From an uncultured Ferruginibacter sp. (lineage in GTDB: Bacteria; Bacteroidota; Bacteroidia; Chitinophagales; Chitinophagaceae), in contig OY730416.1 of assembly GCA_963422625.1 (NCBI GenBank), positions 835,607 to 899,606 on the forward strand: DNA of 64,000 nt. Reading direction: 5' to 3'. This document shows positions 63,808-64,000 of this stretch, piece by piece. Made by a program: the position numbers and the translations under genes. Below the pieces are notes generated by a model. It made no database searches. It saw nothing but the letters and a program-made list of their open reading frames with translations, and was not told where the DNA came from. Each line of letters starts with the position of its first letter. Within the stretch, counting starts at the first letter, position 1.

Positions 63808-64000
63808 TTACTGCTTTACCGGCGTAAAAAAATGTACTGTAAGTTTGCAACCCTTTCCCGGGCTGGAGGCGAAATCAGCAATACCATTATCGGTAATAAT
63901 AAGTGCCATTGCTTTTTTATTTTGAGACAGCCGTACATTTATTGTTGTTGCCTGCGCATGTTTTAAAATATTATTCAAATGCTCCTGCACTATCCTGAAA
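63808..64000 (-). CDS. C-terminal end of a NarX/HisKA_3-type histidine kinase (the gene continues beyond the right edge)
   Basis: The minus-strand translation is ...FRIVQEHLNNILKHAQATTINVRLSQNKKAMALIITDNGIADFASSPGKGCKLTVHFF. The N-box is present, but the G1/G2 region appears shortened. Confidence 0.7.
   Translation of the reverse strand, partial: FRIVQEHLNNILKHAQATTINVRLSQNKKAMALIITDNGIADFASSPGKGCKLTVHFFTPVKQ

Overview
This window is a chromosomal segment containing dnaA from a Bacteroidota genome. The lineage looks Chitinophagia/Sphingobacteriia-like: it has T9SS type A and type B C-terminal sorting domains, TAnnTTTG -7 promoter boxes, few Shine-Dalgarno sites, and DUF3127/DUF4293-type families. 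About 50 genes are supported, and most are housekeeping. They include a partial mmsA-like aldehyde dehydrogenase, tRNA-Ser(GCU) and tRNA-Pro(UGG), dnaA, glyA, uvrA, purQ, metG, a fadB-like fusion, a GH3 beta-glucosidase and DPP IV. There are also a DsbD system, two ABC-2 exporter pairs, a Wza/Wzz pair, two ECF-type sigma factors (one with a putative anti-sigma factor), a LytS/LytTR two-component pair and an orphan PAS kinase. No CRISPR array, rRNA, prophage or recognisable multi-gene defence island was seen. The most interesting non-housekeeping content is as follows. (1) A REPtron-like unit: a frameshifted IS200-like Y1 (RAYT-type) gene flanked by four palindromes that share a 22-nt core. (2) A kup potassium transporter split by a 1-nt frameshift, preceded by a structured leader with a terminator, which is a low-confidence c-di-AMP riboswitch candidate. 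(3) A segment bracketed by two LD-carboxypeptidase paralogs that carries a ~1040-aa T9SS type B adhesin with four Cys-containing tandem modules and a PIN toxin-antitoxin pair. (4) A GRDP-like/TIGR04222-like membrane protein with a Cys/Gly/Ser-rich tail. (5) A DUF3127 protein beside dnaA that ends in an SSB-like DDLPF tip. (6) A leaderless metzincin-like protein directly after DPP IV. (7) Several families of intergenic palindromes and short tandem repeats. All calls come from reading the sequence and ORF translations. No database search was run.
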